Source: Thermodesulfobacteriota bacterium (lineage in GTDB: Bacteria > Desulfobacterota_D > UBA1144 > Nemesobacterales > Nemesobacteraceae). Taken from it: a stretch of DNA of 64,000 nt. The notes beneath the pieces were generated by a model that was given only the letters and a program-made list of their open reading frames with translations, was not told where the DNA came from and made no database searches. Every line of letters starts with the position of its first letter. The first letter of the stretch is position 1. The DNA is taken from assembly GCA_965116725.1 (NCBI GenBank), contig OZ220700.1, forward strand, positions 273,837-337,836, written 5' to 3'. A program made the position numbers and the translations under genes. Positions 39,167 to 49,919 of the stretch are shown piece by piece.

Positions 39167-39388
39167 TCACTTCTTGAGTCTGTAGGTGATTCTTCCCTTT
39201 GTAAGATCATAGGGAGATATCTCAAGCTTTACCCTGTCTCCGGGAAGTATCCTTATGAATCTGGTTCTCATTTTACCGGATACATAAGCCAACACCTCAT
39301 GATTGTTCTCTATTTCAACCATGAACATCGCATTGGGCAGAGCTTTCGTTATAGTTCCTTCAAACTCTATTTTTTCTTCTTTCTCCAT
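39167..39388 (-). CDS. infA: Translation initiation factor IF-1
   Basis: [20 protein letters not shown] and [13 protein letters not shown]. Confidence 0.98.
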   Translation of the reverse strand: MEKEEKIEFEGTITKALPNAMFMVEIENNHEVLAYVSGKMRTRFIRILPGDRVKLEISPYDLTKGRITYRLKK

Positions 39389-39397
39389 CACCCGTTC

Positions 39398-40162
39398 CTA
39401 GTGAATCCTTTCGGTAAGAATTTCAGGGCCGTTATCCGTAAGAGCCACAGTATGCTCAAAATGAGCGGAAAGTTTACCATCATAAGTAACTGCCGTCCAC
39501 CCGTCTTCAAGTATTTTCGTTTTCTCCGACCCCTCATTTACCATAGGTTCTATGGCCATGACCATTCCAGAACGAAGTCTTATTCCTCCTCCCTTACCAT
39601 TCGGAGGAATAAAATTTGGCACTTGCGGCTCCTCGTGGAGTTCCCTGCCTATTCCGTGACCGACAAAATCTCTGACTATAGAAAAACCCTCATTTTCAAC
39701 ATAGGTCTGTATCTCTTTTGATATATCCAGAACTCTGTTTGAACTTTTCACCATGTCTATGCCCCTATAGAGGGAATCCCTGGTAACCCGAAGCAGTTTT
39801 TCGGCAACAGGACGGATTTTACCGACCGCAACCGTTATTGCCGAGTCGGCGTAATAACCGTCCAGCAGTACTCCGAAATCTATTCCTACTATGTCCCCAT
39901 CCTTAAGCACCTTTTTCTTCGAGGGAATACCGTGCACTATCTCTTCGTTAAGGGCAAAGCACACCGACGCTGGATAATTTGCGTAACCTTTAAAAGCAGG
40001 CTTAAAACTTCCTGCTGCGCATATTCTCTCCGCAATCTCGTTAAGCTCCCAGGTGGTCACTCCTTCCTTTGCCTCTTCCTCAAGCCTCATAAGCACTTCG
40101 GAAACCACCCTGCCAGCAGCCCTCATGCGTTTGAGCTCTTCTCTGTTCTTCAAGCGAATCAT
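39398..40162 (-). CDS. map: Methionine aminopeptidase type I
   Basis: HGIP, DSA.T, GHGIG..LHEEP, AIEPM and SAHFEHT. Confidence 0.97.
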   Translation of the reverse strand: MIRLKNREELKRMRAAGRVVSEVLMRLEEEAKEGVTTWELNEIAERICAAGSFKPAFKGYANYPASVCFALNEEIVHGIPSKKKVLKDGDIVGIDFGVLLDGYYADSAITVAVGKIRPVAEKLLRVTRDSLYRGIDMVKSSNRVLDISKEIQTYVENEGFSIVRDFVGHGIGRELHEEPQVPNFIPPNGKGGGIRLRSGMVMAIEPMVNEGSEKTKILEDGWTAVTYDGKLSAHFEHTVALTDNGPEILTERIH

Positions 40163-40728
40163 TATTGCAACCGCTTCAGCACACCATCTATTCTCTCGGC
40201 GATATCCGATATCTGTCCCACTCCCTCAACTGCACGCAGAACGCCGGTTTTTTCGTAAAAATCCTTAAGAGGAGATGTCTGATCCTTGTAAACTCTAAGT
40301 CTGTTCCTTATCACGTCCTCCGTGTCGTCCCGCCTGCCCTCTATTTTCTGGCGTTTGGTTATTCGCTGCACAACCTCCTCGTCGGGAACCTCGAGAAAAA
40401 TAACTGCGTCGATGCCGATTCCGGCTTCAGTGAGAATACCGTTAAGAGATCTTGCCTGCTCCAGAGTTCTAGGGAAACCATCAAGCATAAAGCCTCTCTC
40501 GCCGATCGCAGATATTTTCTGTCTTATTATCTCCGTCACGACTTCATCAGGTACAAGCTCTCCCTTGTCCATGAACGACTTAGCGTAAAGCCCAACTTCA
40601 GTCTCGTTTTTCATGGCTTCACGCAGCACATCCCCAGTCGATATATGCTCAACCTCGTATCTTTCCCTGATGAAATCAGCCTGCGTTCCCTTTCCAGCCC
40701 CAGGCGGCCCAAACAGTATCAATCTCAT
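40162..40728 (-). CDS. adk: Adenylate kinase (short-LID form)
   Basis: GPPGAGKGTQ, HISTGD, LDGFPRT and short LID RQKIEGRRDD. Confidence 0.97.
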   Translation of the reverse strand: MRLILFGPPGAGKGTQADFIRERYEVEHISTGDVLREAMKNETEVGLYAKSFMDKGELVPDEVVTEIIRQKISAIGERGFMLDGFPRTLEQARSLNGILTEAGIGIDAVIFLEVPDEEVVQRITKRQKIEGRRDDTEDVIRNRLRVYKDQTSPLKDFYEKTGVLRAVEGVGQISDIAERIDGVLKRLQ

Positions 40729-40751
40729 AGTCTTTGGTATTCTCCCTTGCG

Positions 40752-42080
40752 TCAGAATCTGTATCTCTGGGGTTCCTTCATTCCCCCCTTCTTTATAAAC
40801 CCTTCATAACTGTGAGTTATCAGAAAAGATTCGATCTGCTGCATGAAATCAAGTGTTACCCCTATTACGATAAGAAGTGACACGCCTCCGAAGTAAAACG
40901 GCAAATTAAAAGGTTCTCTCTCAAGAAACGCCGGCAACACGCAGACCGCCGCCACGTATATAGCCCCTATAAAAGTAATTTTTCCGAGCACATTGCCTAT
41001 GTATTCCGATGTCTTTCTGCCCGGCCTTATTCCCGGTATGTTTCCGCCGTTTTTCCTCAGGTTATCCGAGAGATCGTCCGGGTCGTATATTATTGAAGTA
41101 TAGAAGAAGGCAAAGAATATTATGAGTATGGCAAAGATCATGTTGTATACGAACACGTTTTGAAACACAAGGTCAGAGAAGGTGCGAAGAGCCGGAACTT
41201 CGGCAAACGTAACAATCGTAGCGGGGAAAATAAGGATAGAAGAAGCGAAGATCGGAGGAATGACCCCCGAAGGATTGGTTTTAAGAGGCAGATGGGAACT
41301 CTGCCCTCCCATTACCTTCCTCCCTACGACCCTTCTGGGGTACTGGACCGGTATTTTTCGGTAGGAACGCTCAAAGTAAACTATAAGGCCCATAAGAAAC
41401 CCTAGGAAAATAAAAATAAGCAAAACCCCCAAAACGGTAATCTCGCCCGTGCCAACGAGCCTTGAGAGGTTCCAGAACGCCCCGGGAATACTGGCGATTA
41501 TCGATGCGGCGATAAGAAGAGATACCCCGTTTCCGATTCCGTTCTCTGTTATCTGCTCTCCAAGCCACATAACAAAAAGTCCGCCCGCGGTGAGCGTGAG
41601 AACTGCCGTAATTTTGAACATCAGACCGGGGTCTGTAACGGCACTTCCGACAGTAGCCGCTCCTACTCCGCCGCGCTCAAGGGTAACCGCAAGCATGAAA
41701 CCCTGAACGAGACATATAAGAACGGTGCCGTACCTTGTGTACTGATTTATTCTTCTCTTTCCGGCTTCGCCTTCTTTCTGCATTGCTTCAAGTGAAGGAA
41801 AGGCCTTTACCAGAAGCGACATGATGATTGAGGCGGTAATGTAGGGCATAACCCCCAGGGCAAAAATCGACGCCTGCTCAAGTGCTCCCCCGGAAAACAT
41901 GTTAAGTATGTCGAATATCGTGCCGCGGGTTTGCTCGAACATCTTGGCAATCTGGTCCGGATCGATTCCCGGGATCGGAACGAAAACCCCTGCCCTGTAA
42001 ACAACGAGCATTGCGGCTGTAAAAAGAAGCTTCCTGTTAAGCTCCGGAATCCTGGGAAGTGACGCGACATTACTGCTCAT
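40752..42080 (-). CDS. secY: Preprotein translocase SecY
   Basis: SIFALGVMPYITASII, WLGEQIT..GIGNG.S and IPGIRPG. Confidence 0.98.
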   Translation of the reverse strand: MSSNVASLPRIPELNRKLLFTAAMLVVYRAGVFVPIPGIDPDQIAKMFEQTRGTIFDILNMFSGGALEQASIFALGVMPYITASIIMSLLVKAFPSLEAMQKEGEAGKRRINQYTRYGTVLICLVQGFMLAVTLERGGVGAATVGSAVTDPGLMFKITAVLTLTAGGLFVMWLGEQITENGIGNGVSLLIAASIIASIPGAFWNLSRLVGTGEITVLGVLLIFIFLGFLMGLIVYFERSYRKIPVQYPRRVVGRKVMGGQSSHLPLKTNPSGVIPPIFASSILIFPATIVTFAEVPALRTFSDLVFQNVFVYNMIFAILIIFFAFFYTSIIYDPDDLSDNLRKNGGNIPGIRPGRKTSEYIGNVLGKITFIGAIYVAAVCVLPAFLEREPFNLPFYFGGVSLLIVIGVTLDFMQQIESFLITHSYEGFIKKGGMKEPQRYRF

Positions 42081-42508
42081 ACTATCTCCACTTTTCCTCC
42101 CGCGTCGTTTATCTTGCGCGCAGCCGCCTCGCTGCAGGCGTTAACCGTTATGGAGAGCGCCGAGGCAATCTCGCCGTTAGCCAGGAGTTTTACGGGTTTT
42201 TTGCCGCTTACTATTCCCGCCTCGGCAAGCGTCTGGATCGTAACCGACTCCGCATCCGCAAAACGCTCAAGATCCTTCAAGTTAACTATGTCGTACTGTT
42301 TTTTGAATATGTTTGTAAAACCCCTTTTCGGGCTTCTCATTTTGAGTGGAGTCTGACCGCCTTCAAACCATCTGGATACCCCTTTCCCCGAACGGGATCC
42401 TTGGCCCTTGTGCCCTCTTCCGCTGGTTTTCCCTTGGGAACCCGCACCTCTTCCTACCCTTTTTCTTTTTGTTTTAGATCCCTTAACCGGTGAAAGTTCG
42501 TTTAACAT
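42077..42508 (-). CDS. rplO: 50S ribosomal protein L15
   Basis: RVGRG.GS.GKTSGRGHKGQ and FEGGQTP. Confidence 0.97.
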   Translation of the reverse strand: MLNELSPVKGSKTKRKRVGRGAGSQGKTSGRGHKGQGSRSGKGVSRWFEGGQTPLKMRSPKRGFTNIFKKQYDIVNLKDLERFADAESVTIQTLAEAGIVSGKKPVKLLANGEIASALSITVNACSEAAARKINDAGGKVEIV

Positions 42509-42540
42509 TTCCTTTTGCGCTCCACTGTTAAGCGTGCGTT

Positions 42541-43071
42541 CTACTGCGCCGCACCATAGTAATTGGGAAGATCAAGGTCCTTTATCTCCTTGTTCCTCGT
42601 CTTCGCGACTTCTTCGGGAACCTGCAGTTCCGAGAGTCCCTTTACAACCGCCATAACAACATTAAGCGGGTTCCTTGATCCGACAACTTTCGAGAGAACA
42701 TCGTGTATGCCGGCAAGTTCGACCACCGCTCGCACCGCACCACCCGCTATAACGCCCGTACCCGGGGCAGCAGGCAGGAGCATAACCTTGCTTGACACAT
42801 ATTCCGTGTGAATTCCGTGCGGTATGGTGGCGCCGTTGCGCGGCACCCTTATTAGAGTTTTCTTTGCTTTTTCAACCGCCTTTCTTACGGCATCAGGAAC
42901 CTCATTCGATTTTCCCAATCCGGCTCCCACAATTCCGTCGGAGTTTCCGACCACGGCAAGAACAGTAAAGTGGAACCTTTTCCCACCCTTGGTCACCTTA
43001 GCGACCCTCCTTATGTGAACCACTTTTTCCTGCAATTCAAGTTCTGCCGGATTTATTCTCTCCTCTGCCAA
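42541..43071 (-). CDS. rpsE: 30S ribosomal protein S5
   Basis: RVAKVTKGG and PAAPGTGVIAGG; TTG start after AAGGAGG. Confidence 0.97.
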   Translation of the reverse strand: MAEERINPAELELQEKVVHIRRVAKVTKGGKRFHFTVLAVVGNSDGIVGAGLGKSNEVPDAVRKAVEKAKKTLIRVPRNGATIPHGIHTEYVSSKVMLLPAAPGTGVIAGGAVRAVVELAGIHDVLSKVVGSRNPLNVVMAVVKGLSELQVPEEVAKTRNKEIKDLDLPNYYGAAQ

Positions 43072-43098
43072 AATCAAAGCCTCCTTATAATCTTTCTC

Positions 43099-43473
43099 TT
43101 AAAACTCCACTCCCGCCTCGCGGATCCCGTCGGCAAGCGACTTTATCCTTCCGTGGTAAGCGTAACCCCCTCTGTCGAAACGCACCTTGGTTATACCCTT
43201 CTGAACAGCCATCTCCCCGAGATGCTTTCCAACCTCTTTGGCAACCTCGGTTTTCTTCATGTTCTCAGCAGACAATCTCTTTTTCGTCTCAGAGAACATC
43301 GTTGACGCCTGAAGAAGGGTGACTTCTGCGGTATCATCTATTAACTGGGCGTATATATGCCTTGCCGAGCGGAAAACGGAAACCCTAGGTATCTCTGCGG
43401 TGCCGTTTATCTTCTTCCTCACAGCAAGATGTCTTCTTTTACGCGCCAGATTTCTGCTTTTCTTTTTTATCAT
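43099..43473 (-). CDS. rplR: 50S ribosomal protein L18
   Basis: PRVSVFRS.RHIYAQ.IDD and FDRGGY.YHGR. Confidence 0.97.
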   Translation of the reverse strand: MIKKKSRNLARKRRHLAVRKKINGTAEIPRVSVFRSARHIYAQLIDDTAEVTLLQASTMFSETKKRLSAENMKKTEVAKEVGKHLGEMAVQKGITKVRFDRGGYAYHGRIKSLADGIREAGVEF

Positions 43474-44024
43474 TACTTAGTAGCCGCTCCAGCTTTTCCG
43501 GGTTTAAGCTTCAACTTCTCACCTTCGTAACGAACACCCTTGCCCTTATAGGAATCGGGTGGTCTTATCTTCCTTATGCGTGCCGCGGTCTCTCCCACGA
43601 GCTGCTTATCAATTCCATGAAGCGAGAGCAAAGTGCCCCGTTCCTCCACGGTCGCCTCTACGCCCTGGGGAAGTGGAAAATCAACCGGATGGGAGTAACC
43701 GAGTGAAAACCTGAGTTCCGTTTTCCCCAAGAGATCCGCCTTGTAACCCGTACCGGTTATGCGGAGCACCTTGGTAAATCCTTCACTCACCCCTATCACT
43801 GAATTGTTAATAAGGCTTCGCGTAAGACCGTGAAAAGACTTTATCCTTTTCTCCTCGCTTTGCCTGGAAACAACCACGGTTCCGTCCTCAAGTACGGCTT
43901 TTATTCCCTCGGGCACTGTAACCTCAAGGCTTCCCTTTGGCCCCTTGATTTCGATAGTCCCCCGTCTGGGCGTCGCCGTTACCCCGTCGGGAATAACCAC
44001 TGGTTTTGTTCCTATTCTTGACAT
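43473..44024 (-). CDS. rplF: 50S ribosomal protein L6
   Basis: MSRIG, KGPKG, LGYSHP and RPPD.YKGKG. Confidence 0.97.
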   Translation of the reverse strand: MSRIGTKPVVIPDGVTATPRRGTIEIKGPKGSLEVTVPEGIKAVLEDGTVVVSRQSEEKRIKSFHGLTRSLINNSVIGVSEGFTKVLRITGTGYKADLLGKTELRFSLGYSHPVDFPLPQGVEATVEERGTLLSLHGIDKQLVGETAARIRKIRPPDSYKGKGVRYEGEKLKLKPGKAGAATK

Positions 44025-44034
44025 TCGCCTGTCC

Positions 44035-44427
44035 TCAGATCACCGTGCAGAGAATCTCCCCACCTATCCTTTTGCTCCTTGCAGCAACCCCCGTCATTAT
44101 TCCGCTTGAAGTAGAAAGTATTGAAATTCCCATTCCGCCCCTGACCCTCGGAATATCATCTTTGCCAACGTAAACCCTTCTTGATGGCTTGCTTATCCTC
44201 TTTATCTCATCTATTGCCGCCTTGCCGTCAGGACCGTACTTCAGCTTGATGCTTATGGTTTTCTTTACCCCTTCTTCAGTAATTTTATAACTCTCCACGT
44301 AGCCTTCCTCAGTAAGAACCCTGGCAATCTCGCCTTTTATAACCGAACCGGGAATCTCGACGTGGTTGTGACCCACCATAAAGGCGTTCCTTATTCTGGT
44401 TAACATATCTGCAATCGGATCCGTCAT
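44035..44427 (-). CDS. rpsH: 30S ribosomal protein S8
   Basis: MTDPIADMLTRIRNA and RISKPSRRVY. Confidence 0.98.
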   Translation of the reverse strand: MTDPIADMLTRIRNAFMVGHNHVEIPGSVIKGEIARVLTEEGYVESYKITEEGVKKTISIKLKYGPDGKAAIDEIKRISKPSRRVYVGKDDIPRVRGGMGISILSTSSGIMTGVAARSKRIGGEILCTVI

Positions 44428-44446
44428 TTTTTCTCCAAAGTGTTTC

Positions 44447-44632
44447 TTAAAAACTTGCTTTTCTCACGCCCGGAAGATGTCCCTTGCTGGCAAGATCCCT
44501 GAAACAGACCCTGCAGATGCCGAATTTTCTCATAAACCCTCTCGGCCTCCCGCAGAGTACGCAACGGTTAACCGCACGCACGCGAAACTTCGGCTTTCTC
44601 TTCGATTTCTCAAGTAATGCTTTTCTGGCCAT
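44447..44632 (-). CDS. rpsN: 30S ribosomal protein S14 type Z
   Basis: 61 aa; RC.LCGRPR and CRVCFR. Confidence 0.97.
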   Translation of the reverse strand: MARKALLEKSKRKPKFRVRAVNRCVLCGRPRGFMRKFGICRVCFRDLASKGHLPGVRKASF

Positions 44633-44644
44633 AATTCCTCTCTT

Positions 44645-45199
44645 CTAATTATTCGCAAACGGCACTCCGAGACCGGCAAGAAGTTCCATGGCCTCGGCAT
44701 CGGTTTTTGAAGTGGTAATTAGACTAATATTCATTCCCTTGTTGTACTGAACCTTGCTGTAATCTATTTCAGGAAAAACCAAGTGCTCCCTTATTCCCAG
44801 AGTATAGTTGCCGGAACCATCAAAAGCCCCCGGCGACAGGCCCTTAAAATCCCTGACTCTTGGAAGGGCGAGATTCACTAAACGGTCGAAAAACTCATAC
44901 ATTCTCTCTCCCCGGAGCGTAACCATGCAGCCTATCGGCTGGCCCTCCCTGAGTTTGAAGCCCGCAACTGACTTCCGCGCCTTGGTAATCACCGGCCTTT
45001 GTCCCGTTATATCCGCAAGTTCCGAGACGGCTTCATCTATTACCTTTGTCTGTCTCCCGGCTTCACTAAGTCTCCCAAGCCCCATGTTCACTACTATTTT
45101 CTCAAGCCTCGGAACCTGCATAGTGTTTCCGTAGGAAAACTTTTCAATCAGTGCGGGTACGACCTCGCTCTTATATAGGGTCTTTATTCTCGGAACCAT
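44645..45199 (-). CDS. rplE: 50S ribosomal protein L5
   Basis: KIVVNMG, ITGQRP, FKLREG and ALPRVRDF.G. Confidence 0.98.
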   Translation of the reverse strand: MVPRIKTLYKSEVVPALIEKFSYGNTMQVPRLEKIVVNMGLGRLSEAGRQTKVIDEAVSELADITGQRPVITKARKSVAGFKLREGQPIGCMVTLRGERMYEFFDRLVNLALPRVRDFKGLSPGAFDGSGNYTLGIREHLVFPEIDYSKVQYNKGMNISLITTSKTDAEAMELLAGLGVPFANN

Positions 45200-45203
45200 T
45201 TTC

Positions 45204-45533
45204 TCAGATTTCCTTTCCAGTCCTTCTGTTGTACCTTACCTTCTTACCGTCCTCGCCGGTTCTATACCCGACTTTTACCGGCCGACTGCTCTCAGAATCG
45301 TACAGCATCAGATTCGAGACATGGATTCCGGCCTCTTTCTCGATGATTCCGCCAGCGGGGTTCTTCTGCGTCGGACGGCTGTGTCTCTTTATGATATTGA
45401 GCTTCTCCACAAAGGCCTTTTCGACGTTTCTGTCAATTCTCAGCACCTTGCCGGTCTTCCCTTTCTCCTTGCCCGCAACCACGTAGACCGTATCTCCGGC
45501 CCTTATGTGAGACTTTCTCTTTCCAGCTGACAT
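45204..45533 (-). CDS. rplX: 50S ribosomal protein L24
   Basis: [13 protein letters not shown] and EA.IHVSN. Confidence 0.97.
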   Translation of the reverse strand: MSAGKRKSHIRAGDTVYVVAGKEKGKTGKVLRIDRNVEKAFVEKLNIIKRHSRPTQKNPAGGIIEKEAGIHVSNLMLYDSESSRPVKVGYRTGEDGKKVRYNRRTGKEI

Positions 45534-45535
45534 GT

Positions 45536-45904
45536 TCAAACAACCTCCGGAGCAAGCGAGATAATTTTCATAAAACCCTTGAGTCTCAGTTCACGCGCGA
45601 TCGGTCCGAAAACCCTCGTACCTATCGGTTCGTTTTCTTTGTCTATTATAACGGCGGCATTGTTATCAAAGCGCACATATGTACCATCCGGCCTTCTCTG
45701 TTCCTTCCTCACCCTGACTATCACGGCTTTGTAGACAGAACCTTTCTCCACCTTGGACTTCGGAATGGCCTGCTTAACCGAAACCACAACAACATCTCCC
45801 AGCCGCGCATACTTTCTTCCAGAACCTCCCAAGACCTTTATGCAGAAAAGCCTTTTGGCCCCTGTGTTATCCGCCGAGTCCAGATATGTGCTTGACTGAA
45901 TCAT
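45536..45904 (-). CDS. rplN: 50S ribosomal protein L14
   Basis: MIQ, ADNTGAK, FDNNAAV and ISLAPEV. Confidence 0.98.
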   Translation of the reverse strand: MIQSSTYLDSADNTGAKRLFCIKVLGGSGRKYARLGDVVVVSVKQAIPKSKVEKGSVYKAVIVRVRKEQRRPDGTYVRFDNNAAVIIDKENEPIGTRVFGPIARELRLKGFMKIISLAPEVV

Positions 45905-45942
45905 TTTTTTCTCCCGTAGTCCGAAGAATCAAAAACCACGTC

Positions 45943-46203
45943 CTACGCACCTGCGGCCTGACTGACCACTTTGCCCAGCCTCCACTTCTTGGTTTTGCTG
46001 TGGGGCCTTGACTCTATTATCGTGACCTTGTCTCCTATGTTGCACTCGTTGCGCTCATCATGGACCTTAAATCGCTTGCTGGTTCTTATCTGCTTTTTAT
46101 ACCGACCGTGACTTTTGATCCGCTGTACTTCCACGACCGCGGTCTTGTCCATCTTGTTACCTACCACAATTCCCGTTCTGGTCTTTAACTTTCCTCTTTC
46201 CAT
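45943..46203 (-). CDS. rpsQ: 30S ribosomal protein S17
   Basis: KMDKT.VV, HDE.N and ESRP.SKTKKW. Confidence 0.97.
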   Translation of the reverse strand: MERGKLKTRTGIVVGNKMDKTAVVEVQRIKSHGRYKKQIRTSKRFKVHDERNECNIGDKVTIIESRPHSKTKKWRLGKVVSQAAGA

Positions 46204-46207
46204 AGAA

Positions 46208-46414
46208 TTAACTCTCCGAAGCCGTATCCCGCTGTTTCTTTATGGTAAGTATCCTCGCAATTTCCCTTCTCAACTGCTTTACCCTCGCATTGTTGGGGTT
46301 CTGTCCAGTGGCAACCTGTATCCTGACATTGAAAAGCTCTTCATTCGCATCACGATGGCGCTTGTTCAGTTCTTCGGGCGTGAGGTTTCTTAGTTCTTCC
46401 GCGTTCGTTGCCAT
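46208..46414 (-). CDS. rpmC: 50S ribosomal protein L29
   Basis: ELR, ELF..R.Q and RREIAR.LT; expected position in the operon. Confidence 0.95.
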   Translation of the reverse strand: MATNAEELRNLTPEELNKRHRDANEELFNVRIQVATGQNPNNARVKQLRREIARILTIKKQRDTASES

Positions 46415-46836
46415 CAGACAAACTCCTCCTCGCTTCTGGACACTATCCTGGTTCTAAGAGGAAGCTTATAGGAAGCAAGCCTTAAGGCGGAGCGTGCAAG
46501 TTCTTCGCTTACTCCTGATATTTCGTAAAGAAACTGTCCTCTTTTTACTGGCGCCACATACTTGTCCACATCCCCCTTTCCCTTTCCCATCCTGGTCTCT
46601 GCAGGCTTCTTGGTAACGGGTTTATAGGGGAATATCCTTATCCAGAGGTTTGCTCCCCTTCTCACGTGTCTTGTGATCGCAATACGGGCGGCCTCTATCT
46701 GCCTTGCAGTAATCGTCCCGTTTTCTAACGTCTGAAGCGCAAGGTCGCCGAAGGCGAACGTCGTTCCCCGGGTCGCCGCTCCTCGGTTTCTTCCCTTGAA
46801 CTGTTTTCTGTACTTTGTCTTCTTAGGCTGAAGCAT
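46414..46836 (-). CDS. rplP: 50S ribosomal protein L16
   Basis: MLQPK.TKYRK, RQIEAAR and ETRMGKGKG. Confidence 0.98.
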   Translation of the reverse strand: MLQPKKTKYRKQFKGRNRGAATRGTTFAFGDLALQTLENGTITARQIEAARIAITRHVRRGANLWIRIFPYKPVTKKPAETRMGKGKGDVDKYVAPVKRGQFLYEISGVSEELARSALRLASYKLPLRTRIVSRSEEEFV

Positions 46837-47515
46837 CGGTATCTACACTCTCAGGAATTTCACCTGCTCTTCCTTTAGTCTTTTTCTGTATTATCTCGCC
46901 TTTGAATATCCAAACCTTTACGCCTATCACTCCGTAGGTGGTTGACGCTTCGGCAACCCCGTAGTCAAGGTCCGCACGGAGCGTACCGAGGGGCACTCTT
47001 CCCTCCCTGTACCACTCCCTTCTCGCTATTTCGGCTCCGCCGAGACGCCCGGCAACCATGACTTTTATCCCTAGAACCCCGGCTCGGATGGAGGATGAAA
47101 GCACCCTTTTCATGGCCCTTCTGTATGCAACCCTTCTTTCAAGCTGAAGGGCAAGGTTCTCGGCAACAAGCTGGGCATCGGTTTCGGGTCTCTTTACTTC
47201 CCTTATGTCAAGAAATATGCCTTTTCCGGTCATCTGCTGGAGTTTTTTCTTGAGTTGCTCTATCTCCTGACCCTTTCTTCCTATGATGATCCCGGGCCTT
47301 GCCGCATACACTAGAATTCTCACCTTGTCCGCCGCGGCCCTTTCAATCTCAATATTCGATATGGCTGCCTGGTAAAAGGTCTTCTTCACGTAGTTACGGA
47401 TGTCTATATCCTCTTTGAGCAGAGTCCTGTACATCTGTTTCTCGGCAAACCACTTGGAATCCCATGACTTGGTTATTCCAATACGAAGTCCTATAGGATT
47501 AATTTTCTGTCCCAA
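46823..47515 (-). CDS. rpsC: 30S ribosomal protein S3
   Basis: TTG start GQKINP.G.R.G, RPG.IIG and GRL.GAEIAR. Confidence 0.98.
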   Translation of the reverse strand: MGQKINPIGLRIGITKSWDSKWFAEKQMYRTLLKEDIDIRNYVKKTFYQAAISNIEIERAAADKVRILVYAARPGIIIGRKGQEIEQLKKKLQQMTGKGIFLDIREVKRPETDAQLVAENLALQLERRVAYRRAMKRVLSSSIRAGVLGIKVMVAGRLGGAEIARREWYREGRVPLGTLRADLDYGVAEASTTYGVIGVKVWIFKGEIIQKKTKGRAGEIPESVDTDASA

Positions 47516-47516
47516 T

Positions 47517-47855
47517 TCAGAATCCCCTCTGTTCAAGTACTATCGTTATATGACTCATCTTGGTTTTACGGGCAAAAGCCCTTCCCATCGCCCTAGCCCT
47601 AAAACGCTTAAGTGTCGGACCCTGCGTTGCGTAGACTTCCTTTATGTAAAGGGAGTCGATGTCGCTGTATCCTTTCTCAGAGGCATTGGCCACAGCCGAT
47701 TTAAGCAGCTTAGAGAGCAGTGGTGAGACCCTCCTGCGGGCGGAAAGCAGAATCGAGGAAGCTTCCTCGACGCTTTTTCCCCTTATGAGGTCAAGAACCA
47801 CCCTAGCCTTCTTCGGCGACACCCTGGCATACTTATGTACTGCTTTAGAAACCAT
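47517..47855 (-). CDS. rplV: 50S ribosomal protein L22
   Basis: SPKKAR.V.DLIRG, SAVANA and RAMGRA. Confidence 0.97.
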   Translation of the reverse strand: MVSKAVHKYARVSPKKARVVLDLIRGKSVEEASSILLSARRRVSPLLSKLLKSAVANASEKGYSDIDSLYIKEVYATQGPTLKRFRARAMGRAFARKTKMSHITIVLEQRGF

Positions 47856-47875
47856 TTACTATCTCTCTGTTATTG

Positions 47876-48154
47876 CTATCTTTTCCTAGCTTTCCTATCA
47901 CCCGCATGACCATGGTAGGTCCTAGTGGGAGAAAACTCGCCCAGTTTATGTCCTACCATCTGTTCAGACACAAACACGGGAATAAACCTCGTTCCGTTGT
48001 GAACCGCGAAAGTCATTCCTATCATCTCGGGTATTATCATTGAAGCTCTTGACCAGGTCCTGATGATTCTCTGACTCCCGGAACTCTGTGCCTGCTCAAC
48101 TTTCTTCATAAGCTTTTCGTGCACATACAGTCCCTTTTTACTTGATCTTGCCAT
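47876..48154 (-). CDS. rpsS: 30S ribosomal protein S19
   Basis: TWSR.S, VHNG and [12 protein letters not shown]. Confidence 0.98.
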   Translation of the reverse strand: MARSSKKGLYVHEKLMKKVEQAQSSGSQRIIRTWSRASMIIPEMIGMTFAVHNGTRFIPVFVSEQMVGHKLGEFSPTRTYHGHAGDRKARKR

Positions 48155-48169
48155 CTGCGACTCCCGCGA

Positions 48170-49012
48170 TTAATCCATTCCGTAGCCAACCCTTCTCGGC
48201 TTAACTATGTATTTGTCCATTCTCTTGTTGTTTCTCGTCTTCTTTCCTATCGTAATCCATCCCCAAGGAGAAACAGGATGAGGGTTTCCCTTGGTCGCCT
48301 TGCCTTCTCCTCCGCCATGGGGATGATCAACCGGATTCATCGCCACCCCGCGAACCGTGGGTCTTATGCCCTTGTGACGGGATCTCCCCGCCTTTCCCCA
48401 GACTATAAGCTCGTTCTCGGCGTTTCCGATCCTTCCCACGGTAGCCATGCACCGAAGATGGATCAGCCTTATTTCGCCAGAAGCGAGTTTTATCTGGGCG
48501 TAGTTACCGTCTTTTGCGACAATCTGCGCTGCCGAACCCGCGGAACGAACCAGCTTCCCCCCGCCTCCGGGCCTCATTTCTATGTTGTGAATAACCGTAC
48601 CCACGGGAATATTCTCTATGGGAAGAGCATTTCCGTTTGAAACTTCTACCCCGGGTCCGGAATTCAGCTCATCACCCACTTTAAGGCCGGCAGGGGCTAT
48701 GATATACCTTTTTTCACCGTCAGCATAGGACAGAAGAGCGATTCTAGCCGAGCGATACGGATCATATTCCAGCGAGACAACTCTGGCGGGTATGCCGTGT
48801 TTGTCTCTTTTGAAGTCTATTATTCTGTAGCGTTTCTTGTGACCGCCGCCTTTTCTGAAGTTGGTAATCCTTCCATTCGAGTTGCGTCCTGAGTTCTTCT
48901 TAAGAGAAACCGTAAGGGACTTGTGGGGCTTTTTTGAGGTTACCTCCTCAAAGTCAAACCCGGACATGAACCTTCTTCCCGGAGATGTGGGGTTATATTT
49001 TTTTACTCCCAT
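48170..49012 (-). CDS. rplB: 50S ribosomal protein L2
   Basis: [15 protein letters not shown] and [17 protein letters not shown]. Confidence 0.98.
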   Translation of the reverse strand: MGVKKYNPTSPGRRFMSGFDFEEVTSKKPHKSLTVSLKKNSGRNSNGRITNFRKGGGHKKRYRIIDFKRDKHGIPARVVSLEYDPYRSARIALLSYADGEKRYIIAPAGLKVGDELNSGPGVEVSNGNALPIENIPVGTVIHNIEMRPGGGGKLVRSAGSAAQIVAKDGNYAQIKLASGEIRLIHLRCMATVGRIGNAENELIVWGKAGRSRHKGIRPTVRGVAMNPVDHPHGGGEGKATKGNPHPVSPWGWITIGKKTRNNKRMDKYIVKPRRVGYGMD

Positions 49013-49014
49013 GA

Positions 49015-49302
49015 TCAAACTCCCTCAAACAGGTTGATTTCTCCCTCTCTGAGCTTAACGTAAGCCTTTTTAACCGCTGACCTTTTTCCTACAACTCTGC
49101 CGAATCTTTTCACTCTTTTTCCAGGAAGCACAAGGGTTCTTACCTTGTCCACCTTGACGCCGAAAATCTTTTCGACGGAATCCTGTATCTCCTTTTTGTT
49201 GCATCTTCTGTCTACGGAAAAAACATACCAGCCGTCTTCCCTGGCTTCTGTGCTTTTCTCGGTAATCACAGGAAGTTTTATGACCGAGCGGGGATCTTTC
49301 AT
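49015..49302 (-). CDS. rplW: 50S ribosomal protein L23
   Basis: PVITEKS, K.EI..VE..F.VKV and KKAYV.L. Confidence 0.96.
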   Translation of the reverse strand: MKDPRSVIKLPVITEKSTEAREDGWYVFSVDRRCNKKEIQDSVEKIFGVKVDKVRTLVLPGKRVKRFGRVVGKRSAVKKAYVKLREGEINLFEGV

Positions 49303-49919
49303 GATAGTCTCTCCTGGATTTTTTCAACCGAATCCCGCACCATGACTATATTCTTGTGTCTGAGAAGGTCGTATACGTTAAGCCCGTCATCCCTGAGCAC
49401 CTTTACGTCAGGTATGTTCCTTGCCGACTTGTGGAGATTCTCGTTATCCGAACTGACAATCACAAGAGCTTGGGAAAATTCAAAATCCTTCATGAATTTC
49501 GCCACCTGCCTGGTCTTTATCTCCGGAAGCTCAAAACTGTCGAGCACAACTATGGCACCTTCGCCGAAACGGCTTGAGAGAGCGGAAACAAGTGCCCCTT
49601 TTCTCACCTTTTTCGGAAGCGAGTAAGACCAGTCTTTCGGTTTCGGTCCAAAAACTACTCCACCCTTGCGCCAGATCGGGGAACGCCTGGATCCCGCCCT
49701 TGCACGTCCTGTGTGTTTCTGTTTCCATGGCTTTGCTCCACCGCCTCGGACTTCAGCTCTTGTCTTGGTGGACGAGGTTCCGGCCCTTCTTTTGGCAAGC
49801 TGCCAGTTGACTACTTCATGGAGCAAGTGCTTTTTCACCGGAGCGTCAAATATTTCGGAGCGAAGTTCCATTGTCCCCACCTTTTTCCTGGCGATGTCAT
49901 ATACGTCAACTTGAAGCAT
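49299..49919 (-). CDS. rplD: 50S ribosomal protein L4
   Basis: TKTRAEV.GGG.KPW.QK.TGRARAGS and GG.VFGPKP. Confidence 0.97.
   Translation of the reverse strand: MLQVDVYDIARKKVGTMELRSEIFDAPVKKHLLHEVVNWQLAKRRAGTSSTKTRAEVRGGGAKPWKQKHTGRARAGSRRSPIWRKGGVVFGPKPKDWSYSLPKKVRKGALVSALSSRFGEGAIVVLDSFELPEIKTRQVAKFMKDFEFSQALVIVSSDNENLHKSARNIPDVKVLRDDGLNVYDLLRHKNIVMVRDSVEKIQERLS

Noticed and set aside
40162-40728. Apparently truncated adenylate kinase
   Set aside because: Short-LID adenylate kinases are a known functional class, and all core motifs are present.
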